From IMG/VR virus record IMGVR_UViG_3300027851_000026: a stretch of 64,000 bases of DNA. The stretch is one strand, 5' to 3'. The stretch is from an uncultured virus (IMG/VR IMGVR_UViG_3300027851_000026). Taxonomy: Duplodnaviria > Heunggongvirae > Uroviricota > Caudoviricetes. Positions 10,919 through 21,247 of the stretch are shown one piece after another. Numbering within the stretch: the stretch's first letter is position 1; each line of letters starts with the position of its first letter. The position numbers and the translations under genes were made by a program. The notes beneath the pieces are model-generated. The model did no database searches and was not told where the DNA came from. It saw nothing but the letters and a program-made list of their open reading frames with translations.

Positions 10919-12436
10919 GTGGCTGATCCTGATCTGACACCAAATCTCAAGCTAGAGCGTGTTCCTGCAAATAGTCTCGCTTGGACTGATCGCATGAACA
11001 CGAACATGACACTCATCGATGCTACAGTGGGTGCATACTTTGCGTTGCAGAACTTGCAAGGACCTTGGGAGAATAGTCATGCGTATGGTGTTGGAGAAAC
11101 TGTCATCGATGTGGAATCGGCTACGGTGTGGCAGTGCCAAGTTGCTCACATCAGTTCGATGCTTCCTACGACATTTGCTGAGGATCGTGTAGGATATAGC
11201 ACGTACTGGACTGTCTACTCGTCTCCGGCTCGTGCTCGTGGTGCATGGACAGGTCCGGGAACAAGCTACAGCATCAACGATTTCGTAGTGAATGGGTCGC
11301 AATATGCAGTGTGCATCTCGTCGCACACTTCATCCATAACATTTGCTGATGATGTGTCATTGTCTCGTTGGTCTATTCTCGTTGATCTGTCTCTTGTTGG
11401 ATCACAAGTTCTTCCAGTTCTTAGCGGTATTCTGGATGCGAATAAGTTTGTCATCACAAACTCTGCCGGCACTGGATATGACATCTATGATCAAACAGGA
11501 GCGTTCAACACACTTGGAGCAACATCACTCGGTATTGCGTTGCTCCAAGCAGTAAGTGCGGCAGCAGCACGTACAACAATCAATGCTCAGATAGCCGGAA
11601 GCTATCAAAACAGTTCCGCATTCTTGACAGCAATCTCTGGTCTGACATCAACAGCAAACAGCTTTCTTTACTTCGACGCCAGCAACGCTGCAGCAATTGG
11701 TGTTATTACTCCGTTTGGCCGCAATTTGGTTGACGATACGAATGCATCAACAGCTAGAACGACACTTGGACTTGGTACTGCTGCGGTAGCTAATACTGGC
11801 ACAAGTGCAGGTAACGTCGTTGTCTTAGACGGTAGTGCAAAGTTGCCTGCTGTTGATGGTTCTCAACTCACTAATCTTCCTGTAGGCAGTAGTGGGTGGG
11901 AAATTGGTGATGTAAAACTGCGATACGGTACTACAGCCGGTGCAGGCTGGCTGCTGATGAATGATGGAACCATCGGCAATGCAAGCAGTGGAGCTACTTA
12001 TGCAAATGCTGCATATTTAAGCTTGTACATCTATCTATACAGCGTGATTAGTGATACTTGGGCACCTGTTTCAGGTGGTCGTACTGGTAATGCGACAAAT
12101 GACTTCAACTCTGGCAAGACTTTGACGTTAAGCAAAATGCTCGGACGCACACTTGCTGTTGCCGGAGCTGGAAGTGGTTTGACTTCTCGTGCTATCGGTG
12201 AAAACCTTGGAACCGAAACTGTGGCAGCAGAAATGCCTGCTCACACACACAGCACTACCCGTGTTATAGGAACGGTTGAAGTGGCAGAGAGTATTGGAGG
12301 AACTTACCTCGTTGCATATAGTCCTACAGGCTACGATAATGGCGGCACTACAGGCAGCGCGTCTAGTGGCGATGGGAACATGAATGTGATGCAGCCTTCA
12401 ACATTCTTGAATGCATTCATTCGATATACAACGTGA
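10919..12436 (+). CDS. Tail fibre protein
   Basis: TPNLKL N-terminus, W..Y..G-D-V-type repeats, ARTTLGLGTAA repeat, collar-like IGDVK...GWLLMND, C-terminal MPAHTH and NVMQPS. Confidence 0.85.
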   Translation: MADPDLTPNLKLERVPANSLAWTDRMNTNMTLIDATVGAYFALQNLQGPWENSHAYGVGETVIDVESATVWQCQVAHISSMLPTTFAEDRVGYSTYWTVYSSPARARGAWTGPGTSYSINDFVVNGSQYAVCISSHTSSITFADDVSLSRWSILVDLSLVGSQVLPVLSGILDANKFVITNSAGTGYDIYDQTGAFNTLGATSLGIALLQAVSAAAARTTINAQIAGSYQNSSAFLTAISGLTSTANSFLYFDASNAAAIGVITPFGRNLVDDTNASTARTTLGLGTAAVANTGTSAGNVVVLDGSAKLPAVDGSQLTNLPVGSSGWEIGDVKLRYGTTAGAGWLLMNDGTIGNASSGATYANAAYLSLYIYLYSVISDTWAPVSGGRTGNATNDFNSGKTLTLSKMLGRTLAVAGAGSGLTSRAIGENLGTETVAAEMPAHTHSTTRVIGTVEVAESIGGTYLVAYSPTGYDNGGTTGSASSGDGNMNVMQPSTFLNAFIRYTT

Positions 12437-12443
12437 GGCTGAG

Positions 12444-12686
12444 ATGTTCGATCAAGCATTTCTAGATACAATGCTAAAGAGTGCCGGAATCGGTGCAGCT
12501 ATCGGCTGGGCAATTCAGTATCTCATGTGGCATGGTGAACGTGAAGAACGCAAGACAGCACACGCTTTCATTCTCACCATGCTCGACAAGGTAACAACTG
12601 AACGTGTGCAAGGTACGAATGCTATTACTACACTGACATCAGCCGTGAATGCAATAATCGACATTGTTCGTGGAGAAAGGAAATGA
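12444..12686 (+). CDS. Putative holin-like membrane protein
   Basis: N-terminal hydrophobic helix at start of lysis cluster. Confidence 0.45.
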   Translation: MFDQAFLDTMLKSAGIGAAIGWAIQYLMWHGEREERKTAHAFILTMLDKVTTERVQGTNAITTLTSAVNAIIDIVRGERK

Positions 12687-12877
12687 GTAGCTCACTTGCA
12701 GCCCTAGTAGCTCTCACATATCATAGACTGCCTGGAAAACGCGAAAGTCCCATCGAGCCATTCGTACGTACTGCGAAGCTCGCAGAAGAAGAACAGCAAC
12801 GGGCTGTGCAAGAATTGCAGCGTGTCACAGAGAAGCTTGTCAACACACTAGCGGAGAAGATTCCCAATGGCGATTAA
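12683..12877 (+). CDS. Hypothetical protein
   Basis: ATGA-coupled ORF. Confidence 0.5.
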   Translation: MSSSLAALVALTYHRLPGKRESPIEPFVRTAKLAEEEQQRAVQELQRVTEKLVNTLAEKIPNGD

Positions 12878-13088
12878 AGTGTATGTGTACATCGCAATTG
12901 CTGTTGTACTCGCTGGCATTGCTGGTGGCATCTATTACAAGATATACAACAGTGGCAAGCAAGCTGTGTACATTGAGCAAGAGAAGAAGCTGAACACACT
13001 CAAGGACAAGACACATGATGCGCAAACTGATGCTCTTACCACTCCTGCTCCTCGCAACGGCTTGCGGGAATACGCCCGTCCCGACTAG
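12867..13088 (+). CDS. Putative i-spanin (Rz-like)
   Basis: N-terminal TM helix plus coiled coil; overlaps lipoprotein gene. Confidence 0.65.
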   Translation: MAIKVYVYIAIAVVLAGIAGGIYYKIYNSGKQAVYIEQEKKLNTLKDKTHDAQTDALTTPAPRNGLREYARPD

Positions 13089-13215
13089 CAAAGTTGTGCC
13101 GTGTCAATCATTGCTGATCGTGCGACCTACGAATGCAGAGATTGACATGATGACAGATTTCACAGCGAGCATCATTCTCGCTAACAACGCAGTAATCACG
13201 GTGGCTTGCAAATGA
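13015..13215 (+). CDS. Putative o-spanin lipoprotein (Rz1-like)
   Basis: Signal peptide with lipobox-like LATAC. Confidence 0.7.
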   Translation: MMRKLMLLPLLLLATACGNTPVPTSKVVPCQSLLIVRPTNAEIDMMTDFTASIILANNAVITVACK

Positions 13216-13718
13216 GCGATGCAATCGAGAATCTCATCACTGATGTAATCCGTCGTGAAGGTGGATTCGTCAATGATCCAACTGACCTTGGCGGTGCTAC
13301 GAACTTCGGCATCACTCGTGCGACGCTTGCATCATATCGCATGAAGCCTGTCACTGTAGAAGAAGTGCGTGACATGAAAGAAGATGAAGCACGTGCAATC
13401 TATCGTGCTAACTACTTCCGTGGCATTGAAACGATCACTGATCCGAAGACACTTGCGTTCTTGTTTGACTACAGTGTGAATGCTGGTCCAGGTAAAGCAG
13501 TGAAAGCGGTACAGAGTGCAATCGGTACATCTGTTGATGGTGCATGGGGACCTAATTCTCAGAAAGCACTTGACAAGTTTGGGGATCAGAGTAAGCTGTA
13601 CTGGCCGTGCGTATGCTATCGCTTTGACGATTACATGCGAATCATGGGCAACAATCCATCACAGACGAAGTTCGCACACGGTTGGGCGAATCGCATGAAA
13701 GAATTCTGGAGCAAGTAA
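13212..13718 (+). CDS. Endolysin, glycoside hydrolase family 108
   Basis: EGGFVNDPTDLGGATNFGIT motif; C-terminal F..GW.NR. Confidence 0.92.
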   Translation: MSDAIENLITDVIRREGGFVNDPTDLGGATNFGITRATLASYRMKPVTVEEVRDMKEDEARAIYRANYFRGIETITDPKTLAFLFDYSVNAGPGKAVKAVQSAIGTSVDGAWGPNSQKALDKFGDQSKLYWPCVCYRFDDYMRIMGNNPSQTKFAHGWANRMKEFWSK

Positions 13719-14197
13719 TGTACAAGCTGCGTGATGCTCACAAGAACTACGCAGAAATCGAGTGTCTTGCAGGAATTGCTGAACGTGTGTTGAAAGAAGC
13801 TCCAACGTACACACACGTTTCGTTCAACAAGAAACGCACGATGAGTTTCATTGTTGACGCGATGACTCGCAAGGACATGTTCTTGAAAGTCATTGCTCGT
13901 GTTGAAGATGACGTTGCAGTAGGTGGCATCATTTGTTTTGTCGAGCGGATCGTGACAAGCGATGATCTACAGGCATACGACTTAACGATCATGCTGGATG
14001 AAGAACATCGTGGTCGTTGTGTTAAAGAGATAATCGAACTGGTTAGTGACTACAAAGTGTGGGCACGTAAGCAGGGCGCCAAGATCATCAAGCTAGGCGT
14101 ATCATCAGGTATCAACATTGATCGTGCTGCGACGTTCTTTGAGAGACTTGGATTCTCTCGGATCGGTAGTATGCACGCATACGTGATGGAGGCTTAG
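13718..14197 (+). CDS. GNAT-family acetyltransferase-like protein
   Basis: EHRG and A..FFERLGF motifs; position before ejection proteins. Confidence 0.75.
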   Translation: MYKLRDAHKNYAEIECLAGIAERVLKEAPTYTHVSFNKKRTMSFIVDAMTRKDMFLKVIARVEDDVAVGGIICFVERIVTSDDLQAYDLTIMLDEEHRGRCVKEIIELVSDYKVWARKQGAKIIKLGVSSGINIDRAATFFERLGFSRIGSMHAYVMEA

Positions 14198-15124
14198 ATG
14201 AGCGGTGGTGGCGGCGGTGGCTATCAAGTGCAGGATAATTCACTGCAGCTTGAGATGATGCGTCAGCAACAGGCACGTGAAGCACAAGCACGTGCGGATG
14301 CTGAGAAAGAGCAAGCCAAGACTGATTTCCAGAACAAGTTTAGCACTGCAAAGCAAGCTGCAAAAACAACTGGCACGAATTATCTTGGTCAGCGTGGTCT
14401 CTCCACTGACATGTACGGCAGCTTGATTGATAGCATCATCAATGATGCATCGCTGCGTGTGCCTGAGCTTGATGCAAATCCGGGACAGTATTTCACAAAT
14501 GACACGTTCGCGAGCGGGCTGGACAACTACCAGACCATGCAGCGTAACAACTACACTGGCAAAGTGAATAGCACATTCACTCCAGGATTCGATACGTCAC
14601 TGCTTGAAGACACTGCAGATGATGGCATCCTCAACAGCATTCTCGGTAGCCAGCGCACGAACGCAGAGACACAGCTTGACTTCAATCGCAAGCGTGGACT
14701 GCTGAATGACAGTGGCTACAACGAAGCGTTGAATGACTTGAATCGACAGGGTAGCGCTGGCATGGCTACACTCACAGGCATTGGTGACAGTGTGCTTGGT
14801 AAGGGTCGCCAGCAGTTGAGCAATATCAAGGGTGAAGCTGGAACGGCTGCAAGTGGGTACACACTCGGCATGCCTGAATTCAGTGTTGATCCGTACTACA
14901 CACGTGCAACTGAGAAAGCGAACACACTCAAGGGGTCGCTTGAAGGTGACATTCGCAGTGCTCTTGGTGGCACGAATCTCTTCGATGTCGCATCCGCAAT
15001 CGGCAAGGGTGGCACAGCGCAGGGACCAATTAATCTCACGACTGCTGACACAACGCCGGGCGTACCGTTCGCACAGAAGAAGACACAGACAGGTCGTGGA
15101 CTCGGCTCGACAGGAGCATTCTAA
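14198..15124 (+). CDS. Putative internal virion (ejection) protein
   Basis: MSGGGGGG start, Q/A/G-rich helical protein. Confidence 0.6.
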   Translation: MSGGGGGGYQVQDNSLQLEMMRQQQAREAQARADAEKEQAKTDFQNKFSTAKQAAKTTGTNYLGQRGLSTDMYGSLIDSIINDASLRVPELDANPGQYFTNDTFASGLDNYQTMQRNNYTGKVNSTFTPGFDTSLLEDTADDGILNSILGSQRTNAETQLDFNRKRGLLNDSGYNEALNDLNRQGSAGMATLTGIGDSVLGKGRQQLSNIKGEAGTAASGYTLGMPEFSVDPYYTRATEKANTLKGSLEGDIRSALGGTNLFDVASAIGKGGTAQGPINLTTADTTPGVPFAQKKTQTGRGLGSTGAF

Positions 15125-16101
15125 TGGCATTCGGATGGAGTGAAGCCATTGGTGCTGGCAGTGCACTAGGAGGCGGTATCCTCAATCTGTTCTCACAAGG
15201 ACAGCAGCAACAGAATCAGCAAGGCGCTCTGCAGATGGCGATGCAGAACTACTTGCTCAACAAGCGCATCGCTGATCAGCAGTACGAGCTTGCTACTGCA
15301 GGACAGACAGATGCTCGCGGTAACAAGACACGCTACGTACCAGGACAGGGTTGGGTAACTGACACGACACCGGAAACAGCATCACTCATCAAGCAGAGTG
15401 ATGCAATCGCACGCAATCGTGGTACTGATGATCTAACACGTGGTCAGGACGAGCGTAGTCGCAACTACAATCGCCGCATGACAGAGGGCAGTGCTGCATC
15501 GCCGTTGCTTGCTCAGATGCAGTATGGCTACGGAGCACCTACACGTGAAGGTGTTGTCGGAGCGAACAAGATCGCTGGTGTTACAAGTGCTGCGGAGAAT
15601 GCTGATAATGTTAAGTCAGGATACACCACTGCCGCACTTCGTACAGGAACAGGTAACAACAACCTTGGTCCCACTCTCGCATCTGCTGATCGCGGAGCAA
15701 CAGCAGGCATCCGTACAGCACTCGCTCGTGGGGATGCGGAAGGTGGTCCACTCTACGATGAAATGCTTGCGAAGTTCAATGGCAGCAAGCTTGATCCGTA
15801 CAACATGCTTGCGACTCGTGCAAGCAATGCGGAGGGTAGCAGCTTCCAGCCGGAGAGCATTAGCAGTGGTCTTGATAGTAGCATGCTGCAGCGCGCTGGC
15901 ATTGGTGCTAATGTTGCGGGTCGCGGTGCTGCCGGACTTAATTCGAGCATGTCGCCGGTACTGGCGATGATGGCATCGCAACGTGGTCCTAACTATGACA
16001 CGTTCGCTGCAGGACTTGGTAAGCAGCTGCAGTCATTGTTCCCATCGAAGAAAGATGGAAGCATCGTTGACTACGCTGGCGGTAGTGGTTCAAGCTGGTA
16101 G
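15124..16101 (+). CDS. Putative internal virion (ejection) protein
   Basis: Gly-rich hydrophobic N-terminus then Q-rich segment. Confidence 0.65.
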   Translation: MAFGWSEAIGAGSALGGGILNLFSQGQQQQNQQGALQMAMQNYLLNKRIADQQYELATAGQTDARGNKTRYVPGQGWVTDTTPETASLIKQSDAIARNRGTDDLTRGQDERSRNYNRRMTEGSAASPLLAQMQYGYGAPTREGVVGANKIAGVTSAAENADNVKSGYTTAALRTGTGNNNLGPTLASADRGATAGIRTALARGDAEGGPLYDEMLAKFNGSKLDPYNMLATRASNAEGSSFQPESISSGLDSSMLQRAGIGANVAGRGAAGLNSSMSPVLAMMASQRGPNYDTFAAGLGKQLQSLFPSKKDGSIVDYAGGSGSSW

Positions 16102-16108
16102 GTGACAC

Positions 16109-16747
16109 ATGGCTAAGGCAGCAATTACTACTCCAAACTACGGAGCATATGCAAGCGATCCTATTCAGCAGATATTTGCTCGTGGGATACTTGATCGTGA
16201 CATGTCTGGACTGTCTGCAATGTTTCTTGATGCAGCAGATCGCAATAAACAGCGTGGCATTGATTCGTACGAGAGTGGTGTACGTGAAGCAAATGCTTTG
16301 TCTGGCAAGCTTGCTCAAGAAGACATGCAGAATGAGCAAGCGATTGAATTGCTCAAGGCAACAGCTGGACTTGTGAAAGAAGGCATTGCACCATCTGGCA
16401 TGCGTGGCGAAGGTATGCTGTTCAATCAGCCGGGAACGAATGATCAATTCAGTCAAGCAACGATTGGAAAGTTGTTGGCTGATGCGGCTGCGTCGAGTGC
16501 TTCTGCATCTGGAGCAAGCGGTGAGAAGTACGAATACAATGTTGATACATCGCCAAGCGGTGTAACAACAGGTACGTGGAAAGGTAAAGGCGGTGATCCT
16601 ACCAAGCTGCAGGCAGCAATTCAGCAGCGCGTTGAAGCTGAATTGCGTGCACGTGGCTTGACACCAAGTAGCCGTGGACCACTTGCATTGCCTGCATCTA
16701 AGACAGATGTGCAGCGTGCAGAGGATGCCAAGAGCAAGTATAAGTAG
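16109..16747 (+). CDS. Putative internal virion protein
   Basis: Helical protein in ejection cluster. Confidence 0.55.
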   Translation: MAKAAITTPNYGAYASDPIQQIFARGILDRDMSGLSAMFLDAADRNKQRGIDSYESGVREANALSGKLAQEDMQNEQAIELLKATAGLVKEGIAPSGMRGEGMLFNQPGTNDQFSQATIGKLLADAAASSASASGASGEKYEYNVDTSPSGVTTGTWKGKGGDPTKLQAAIQQRVEAELRARGLTPSSRGPLALPASKTDVQRAEDAKSKYK

Positions 16748-16755
16748 AGGATCAC

Positions 16756-19700
16756 ATGGCTGACTCTCTTGAAGATGTCTTCCGACGTGTAAGTGATGCT
16801 AACATTGGTGCACCGAAAGTAGCACAACCTGAGCCAGCGTTGCAGAATCCTATGCCACGCTGGCAACGTGTGCTTGCTACGACGTTGCCGGAAGTAGGTG
16901 CGAGCATTGCTGCAGCACCGACGACGTTGTACGCACTCGCAGGTATGGGCGCGAATTACTTGTCGAACAAGATGGGCACTGGTGAGGTAGACATCGGCCA
17001 AGATGCAGCACTGAACGTATCCAAAGCTATCACTGATCCTGTGCGTGAGATGAGCAACAAGATTGCTGGTGAGAAGATGAGTGACAATCTTCTTGGCGGT
17101 GATCCTATGCAAGTTGGAACATCATGGCTGCGTCTTGCTCTAGGCGCTGGCATCTCTGCACCTGCACCGATGGCTGCTGCGATCACTCGTGGTGCTGCAG
17201 CGTTGAAGACTGGCACGAAGATGGTCGATGACATCGGTGCAGGTGGATTGAAGGTACTGGAAGCACTCACACCTATCACGATTTCAACAAAGCCCAGTAT
17301 GAAGGTAGCAGCTACGAACATGGCTGTTGCCGGTGCTCTCGGCTCAACATTGGAGGGTGTTCTTGGCGGGGATACAACAGTCGCGGAAGCCAAAACACTT
17401 GTTGACGAGAAAGCAAAAGGCGCGCTCGACGTTGCAGCCGAAGGAGCCTCGGAAGTACAGCGGAGTGACCCGAAGCTCGTACAAGCAGGATTCACAGGTG
17501 ATCCTGCGTACGATGCGATGGGCGTGGGACTGCTCGGTGCGGCGGCCCTAGCGTACTGGCGTCGTGGCGCTGTGAGTGACGCATGGACAGGTGTGAAGAA
17601 CAATCTTGAGAAGCGATTCACAGGATACGATCCAGCTGATCCTACGAACAAGACGTTGCTGAACGCTGCCAATGCTGGTGAGCAACAGTTTCTTGATCGT
17701 AACGCTGGTATGCGTGAATCGTTGAAGGCTGCCTTGAAGTCAGAAGGACTCGACAAGAACACTGCAACGAAGCGTGCTGATCAGTTTGCTGAGTACGCTG
17801 CTGCACGTACTGGTGCGTCAGTGAATACACGCAATCAGATATTCATGAACGAAGGACGCATCCCTGACAGTGCTATTCAGATGCCGCCACCGAGTGATTG
17901 GTTTGCTCGGTATCGTGCACTCGATGACGCATCACAGGACTTGATTGATCGTGCTCTGCATTCACGTCGTGAGCTTGATACACGCATGATCGATAAAGTG
18001 TGGCACAATCTCAGTGATACACAGACACGTGAACTCGACAACTACGTTCGACAGGTGCAAAGCAATCCACAGTTGAACCACATCTATGAAGACTTTCTCA
18101 AGATCACACGTGGTCTTGCGGAGTACACACGTGAGCAGAAGCGATTCAGCAATCGTGAGGTGAATGCATTTCTATCTAAGAATCCACACTTTGTACCGGA
18201 GCGTGCTGATCCAGGCAGCAGCTACCTCAACGAACGTAACATCGGTATGGGACGCGGCCGCAAGACGTTTGAAGAACTTGGCAAGCCTGCTGAGTTTCTG
18301 CCTCGTTACATTGATGAAGTAGTACGCTCGACAGAAGGCAAGAAGATTCAGCGTGGTTTCATGACGAACATGGAACGCATGGCAAATCGTGGGAATGCGT
18401 ACGCGACGAAAGTAATTGAGAAGTCTTACACGACACCACCGCCGAACATGAATCCGCGTGAGTATGTACATTGGCGCAATTCACGTGGAGAGAGTCGATG
18501 GACGAAAGTAAACGATGCGATAGTGGGAGACAGCTTGCGCGGAGTGACCAATCCTTCAGCGTTGCAGATGGCGAACGGTGCGATGTCACAGTTGACACGT
18601 CTGTACGAGAGCGGATCAGTGGGATCACTGGCTGCTGCGACAGGCAGTACGTTCTTCGCTCCGACAAGTGCTCTCTACACCGCGACCCTTGCACCTGTCA
18701 TCCGTGATCGTGGCGTTGCTGTTGGCTACCTTGACAAGTACATGCAGGAACTCACTGCGAAGATGCTTGGAAAGGATAAGGCATTCGGTGTGCGCGGTGA
18801 CTTCGTTACGTTCGCACCGGACGTAGCATTACGCATGGCTCAGAATGTGGGTGCTGTACTTGCACAGCGTATCAGCAAGACACTTCACAACAGCGTGATC
18901 ACTGATGGCACAATCTCGCAGATGGTGGGTCCGAAGGCTGCAGCACTTGCTGCGAAGTCTCTGGACAATCACTTCAAGCGTAGCGCTGTTCATGATCTGC
19001 AGACACGTGGTGTGCTGGGTCCTGCGTCGATGATGTCGATTGATCCTGCGAAGTCGTTCAAAGATGCAGAAGCAATGCTACGTGGGCATGGCTTGATCGG
19101 TGGAACATCTTCGTTCTTGACTGATATTCTGCATGCTATCTCGTCTGCACCTGCGATGTCCGTGCGTGCAATGAACAAAGGAAGACTCAATGAAAACGAA
19201 CTATCAGCGGCTATGCGCAACATGGCAGGCGATCCGGCTCGCAGTGGAGCGTTTCGTAAAAGCAGTGGTGGCACGGGTCCGAACATTGCTGCGGAATTGA
19301 CGAACGCTACACCGTGGGGAAACATCTTCCTGCAGAGTACAGCACGTTTCGCTAAGCAGATTCGCAAAGACCCAGCCGGTGCTGCAATGGGCGTGTTCAA
19401 TACTGTAGCCATGCCTGCAATTGGTGTGACTATGTGGAATGCTGCACAAGGTCCGGAGTATGTTGACTATCAATTCAATGTGCGTACACCTGACAAGACA
19501 GCTGCATCGTTGTACATCGCAATTCCTGGCCGTCCTCCTGAGATGGGCGTGGAGATTGCATTCGATCCGTTGATGCGCGGTTTCAAGTGGGCGACGGAGT
19601 TGCTTGCTGCATCACAGCTTGGACTACTTGATGGTAGCTACTTCGGTCCTGACAATGCTGACATGCAGAAAGCATTCAAGGACATGGTTGATCACCGTGC

Positions 19701-20607
19701 TGGCTTCGGTGAAGGCAGTGTCACGAACAGTGTGATCAAGGGATCGATCATTCCACCTGTACCGCCTGCTGCGAAGTTGGTTGGTGCAGTAGGTGGCATG
19801 GACATTCGTGACTACACGGATATTCGTGCGCCGAATGACCGCAAAGAAGGTGGCTTCACAGAAGGCGAAGGCAAGAATCCGCAAGCTACATTCATGGATC
19901 AGTACTGGCCGGGACAGACTGAGTTGATCTTGCGTTCAATCGGCAGTGGTGCATTTGCGAACATTTGGAATGCACTTACTGACACTGAGACGCAGATGAA
20001 AGAGAAGGGATTCGTTGAGGGTGGTAAGAAAGCACTCAGCAATCAAGGTGATCAGTTCAAGATGCGTACCGCTGACAGCACGAAGATGATCGGCAGTGGT
20101 CCACTGTTCGACACGTTCCTTGCTGTGTCGCCTGCTACAGAAGCTTCAGGCAGTATAGTAAAAGGAAAGTTAGAGGGATTGAGAAACCTCCAACAAGCAT
20201 TGCAGCAAGCAACTCTTCCCGGAGGTGTTCCGTCGAACCTGCTAGGAAACAAGAAGCAGGGCTTCCAAGAGCCAATCGGTGCAAATCCATCTGCGCCTGC
20301 ACCTGATCTTGAAATGATGCAACTTGCAGAGATGGCTGGCAAGATATACAAGCAGTTGGCGGATGCGGAATTGGGAGCGAACAAAATTCACTACGATCAG
20401 CAGCAGAGCATTCGCAACAGCACACGTTTCTCTCCTGAGGATAAGCGTGCTCTGCTAAACGAACAGAGCTACGCGATCATTGCTAACAATCGCAAGTTGC
20501 TTCAAGACATCGAGCGTCATGAAGCAATCATTTCGAGTATGTTCGGTCGACCTGTAAAGTTCGACAAGATCGATCTTGGGAAGATGTTGGGACAGCAAGC
20601 TCAGTAG
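16756..20607 (+). CDS. Large internal virion/ejectosome protein
   Basis: 1283 aa, Ala-rich, last gene of late operon. Confidence 0.7.
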   Translation: MADSLEDVFRRVSDANIGAPKVAQPEPALQNPMPRWQRVLATTLPEVGASIAAAPTTLYALAGMGANYLSNKMGTGEVDIGQDAALNVSKAITDPVREMSNKIAGEKMSDNLLGGDPMQVGTSWLRLALGAGISAPAPMAAAITRGAAALKTGTKMVDDIGAGGLKVLEALTPITISTKPSMKVAATNMAVAGALGSTLEGVLGGDTTVAEAKTLVDEKAKGALDVAAEGASEVQRSDPKLVQAGFTGDPAYDAMGVGLLGAAALAYWRRGAVSDAWTGVKNNLEKRFTGYDPADPTNKTLLNAANAGEQQFLDRNAGMRESLKAALKSEGLDKNTATKRADQFAEYAAARTGASVNTRNQIFMNEGRIPDSAIQMPPPSDWFARYRALDDASQDLIDRALHSRRELDTRMIDKVWHNLSDTQTRELDNYVRQVQSNPQLNHIYEDFLKITRGLAEYTREQKRFSNREVNAFLSKNPHFVPERADPGSSYLNERNIGMGRGRKTFEELGKPAEFLPRYIDEVVRSTEGKKIQRGFMTNMERMANRGNAYATKVIEKSYTTPPPNMNPREYVHWRNSRGESRWTKVNDAIVGDSLRGVTNPSALQMANGAMSQLTRLYESGSVGSLAAATGSTFFAPTSALYTATLAPVIRDRGVAVGYLDKYMQELTAKMLGKDKAFGVRGDFVTFAPDVALRMAQNVGAVLAQRISKTLHNSVITDGTISQMVGPKAAALAAKSLDNHFKRSAVHDLQTRGVLGPASMMSIDPAKSFKDAEAMLRGHGLIGGTSSFLTDILHAISSAPAMSVRAMNKGRLNENELSAAMRNMAGDPARSGAFRKSSGGTGPNIAAELTNATPWGNIFLQSTARFAKQIRKDPAGAAMGVFNTVAMPAIGVTMWNAAQGPEYVDYQFNVRTPDKTAASLYIAIPGRPPEMGVEIAFDPLMRGFKWATELLAASQLGLLDGSYFGPDNADMQKAFKDMVDHRAGFGEGSVTNSVIKGSIIPPVPPAAKLVGAVGGMDIRDYTDIRAPNDRKEGGFTEGEGKNPQATFMDQYWPGQTELILRSIGSGAFANIWNALTDTETQMKEKGFVEGGKKALSNQGDQFKMRTADSTKMIGSGPLFDTFLAVSPATEASGSIVKGKLEGLRNLQQALQQATLPGGVPSNLLGNKKQGFQEPIGANPSAPAPDLEMMQLAEMAGKIYKQLADAELGANKIHYDQQQSIRNSTRFSPEDKRALLNEQSYAIIANNRKLLQDIERHEAIISSMFGRPVKFDKIDLGKMLGQQAQ

Positions 20608-21059
20608 CCACCGACATTAGCTGATTGTCTCGGTGAATTATCTAACTCACGTTCTTTGAACCAGTCACGCAATCCGAGAGAGTCGATTAGATTCTCTCTG
20701 AATGATTGCTGCTTCTTTTCTTCTTCTTCATCACGTTTCATCTGCATGAGAATCTTGTGTTGAGGACTTACTGACTTCAACGCAACGATGTTCATGTTCA
20801 TGTTGTTTTGATTACGTCGATATTCAAGCATGCGATAGTGGTTGCGCTGGAATTTATGAGTTGATTCCATTGCTTCGTAATACTGCTTCAATTGTGGTGG
20901 AGCAACAGCACGTACGATCTTGTTGCCCATCATTCCAGCAAGTGATGGATTCGATGGATATGCTTCTGCCATCTTCTCACCGAATTGATTGATGCCATGC
21001 ACAGCAACAGCAGGAGCAGCAGGTATCAGTGATGCAAACAGTCGTCGTGTTAGTGTCAC
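20601..21059 (-). CDS. Hypothetical protein with twin-arginine-like N-terminus
   Basis: MTLTRRLFASL; GTGA-coupled to upstream gene. Confidence 0.6.
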   Translation of the reverse strand: MTLTRRLFASLIPAAPAVAVHGINQFGEKMAEAYPSNPSLAGMMGNKIVRAVAPPQLKQYYEAMESTHKFQRNHYRMLEYRRNQNNMNMNIVALKSVSPQHKILMQMKRDEEEEKKQQSFRENLIDSLGLRDWFKERELDNSPRQSANVGGY

Positions 21060-21247
21060 AGCAAGTCCTCCTTCTCAAGCCACCATGTCGGCAGGTCTAT
21101 CTCTTTCTCATTGTCGGATAGCACACCGATAGACTTCGGCACCCATCGTTCTTTGTCATCGCTGAATATGAGTAGCCATACTTTGTCGGTCTCGTGCTTT
21201 GCTTCGACATCGACGGTGACTATTTCGTTGCGATAGTTTGGCATCAC
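21056..21247 (-). CDS. Small phage protein (ETDK...WVPKS type)
   Basis: ETDK.WL...WVPKS...P.W motif. Confidence 0.65.
   Translation of the reverse strand: MMPNYRNEIVTVDVEAKHETDKVWLLIFSDDKERWVPKSIGVLSDNEKEIDLPTWWLEKEDLL

Noticed and set aside
16756..20607. Virion RNA polymerase
   Set aside because: No DxDGD or T7-type RNAP motifs seen; promoters are host sigma70 type
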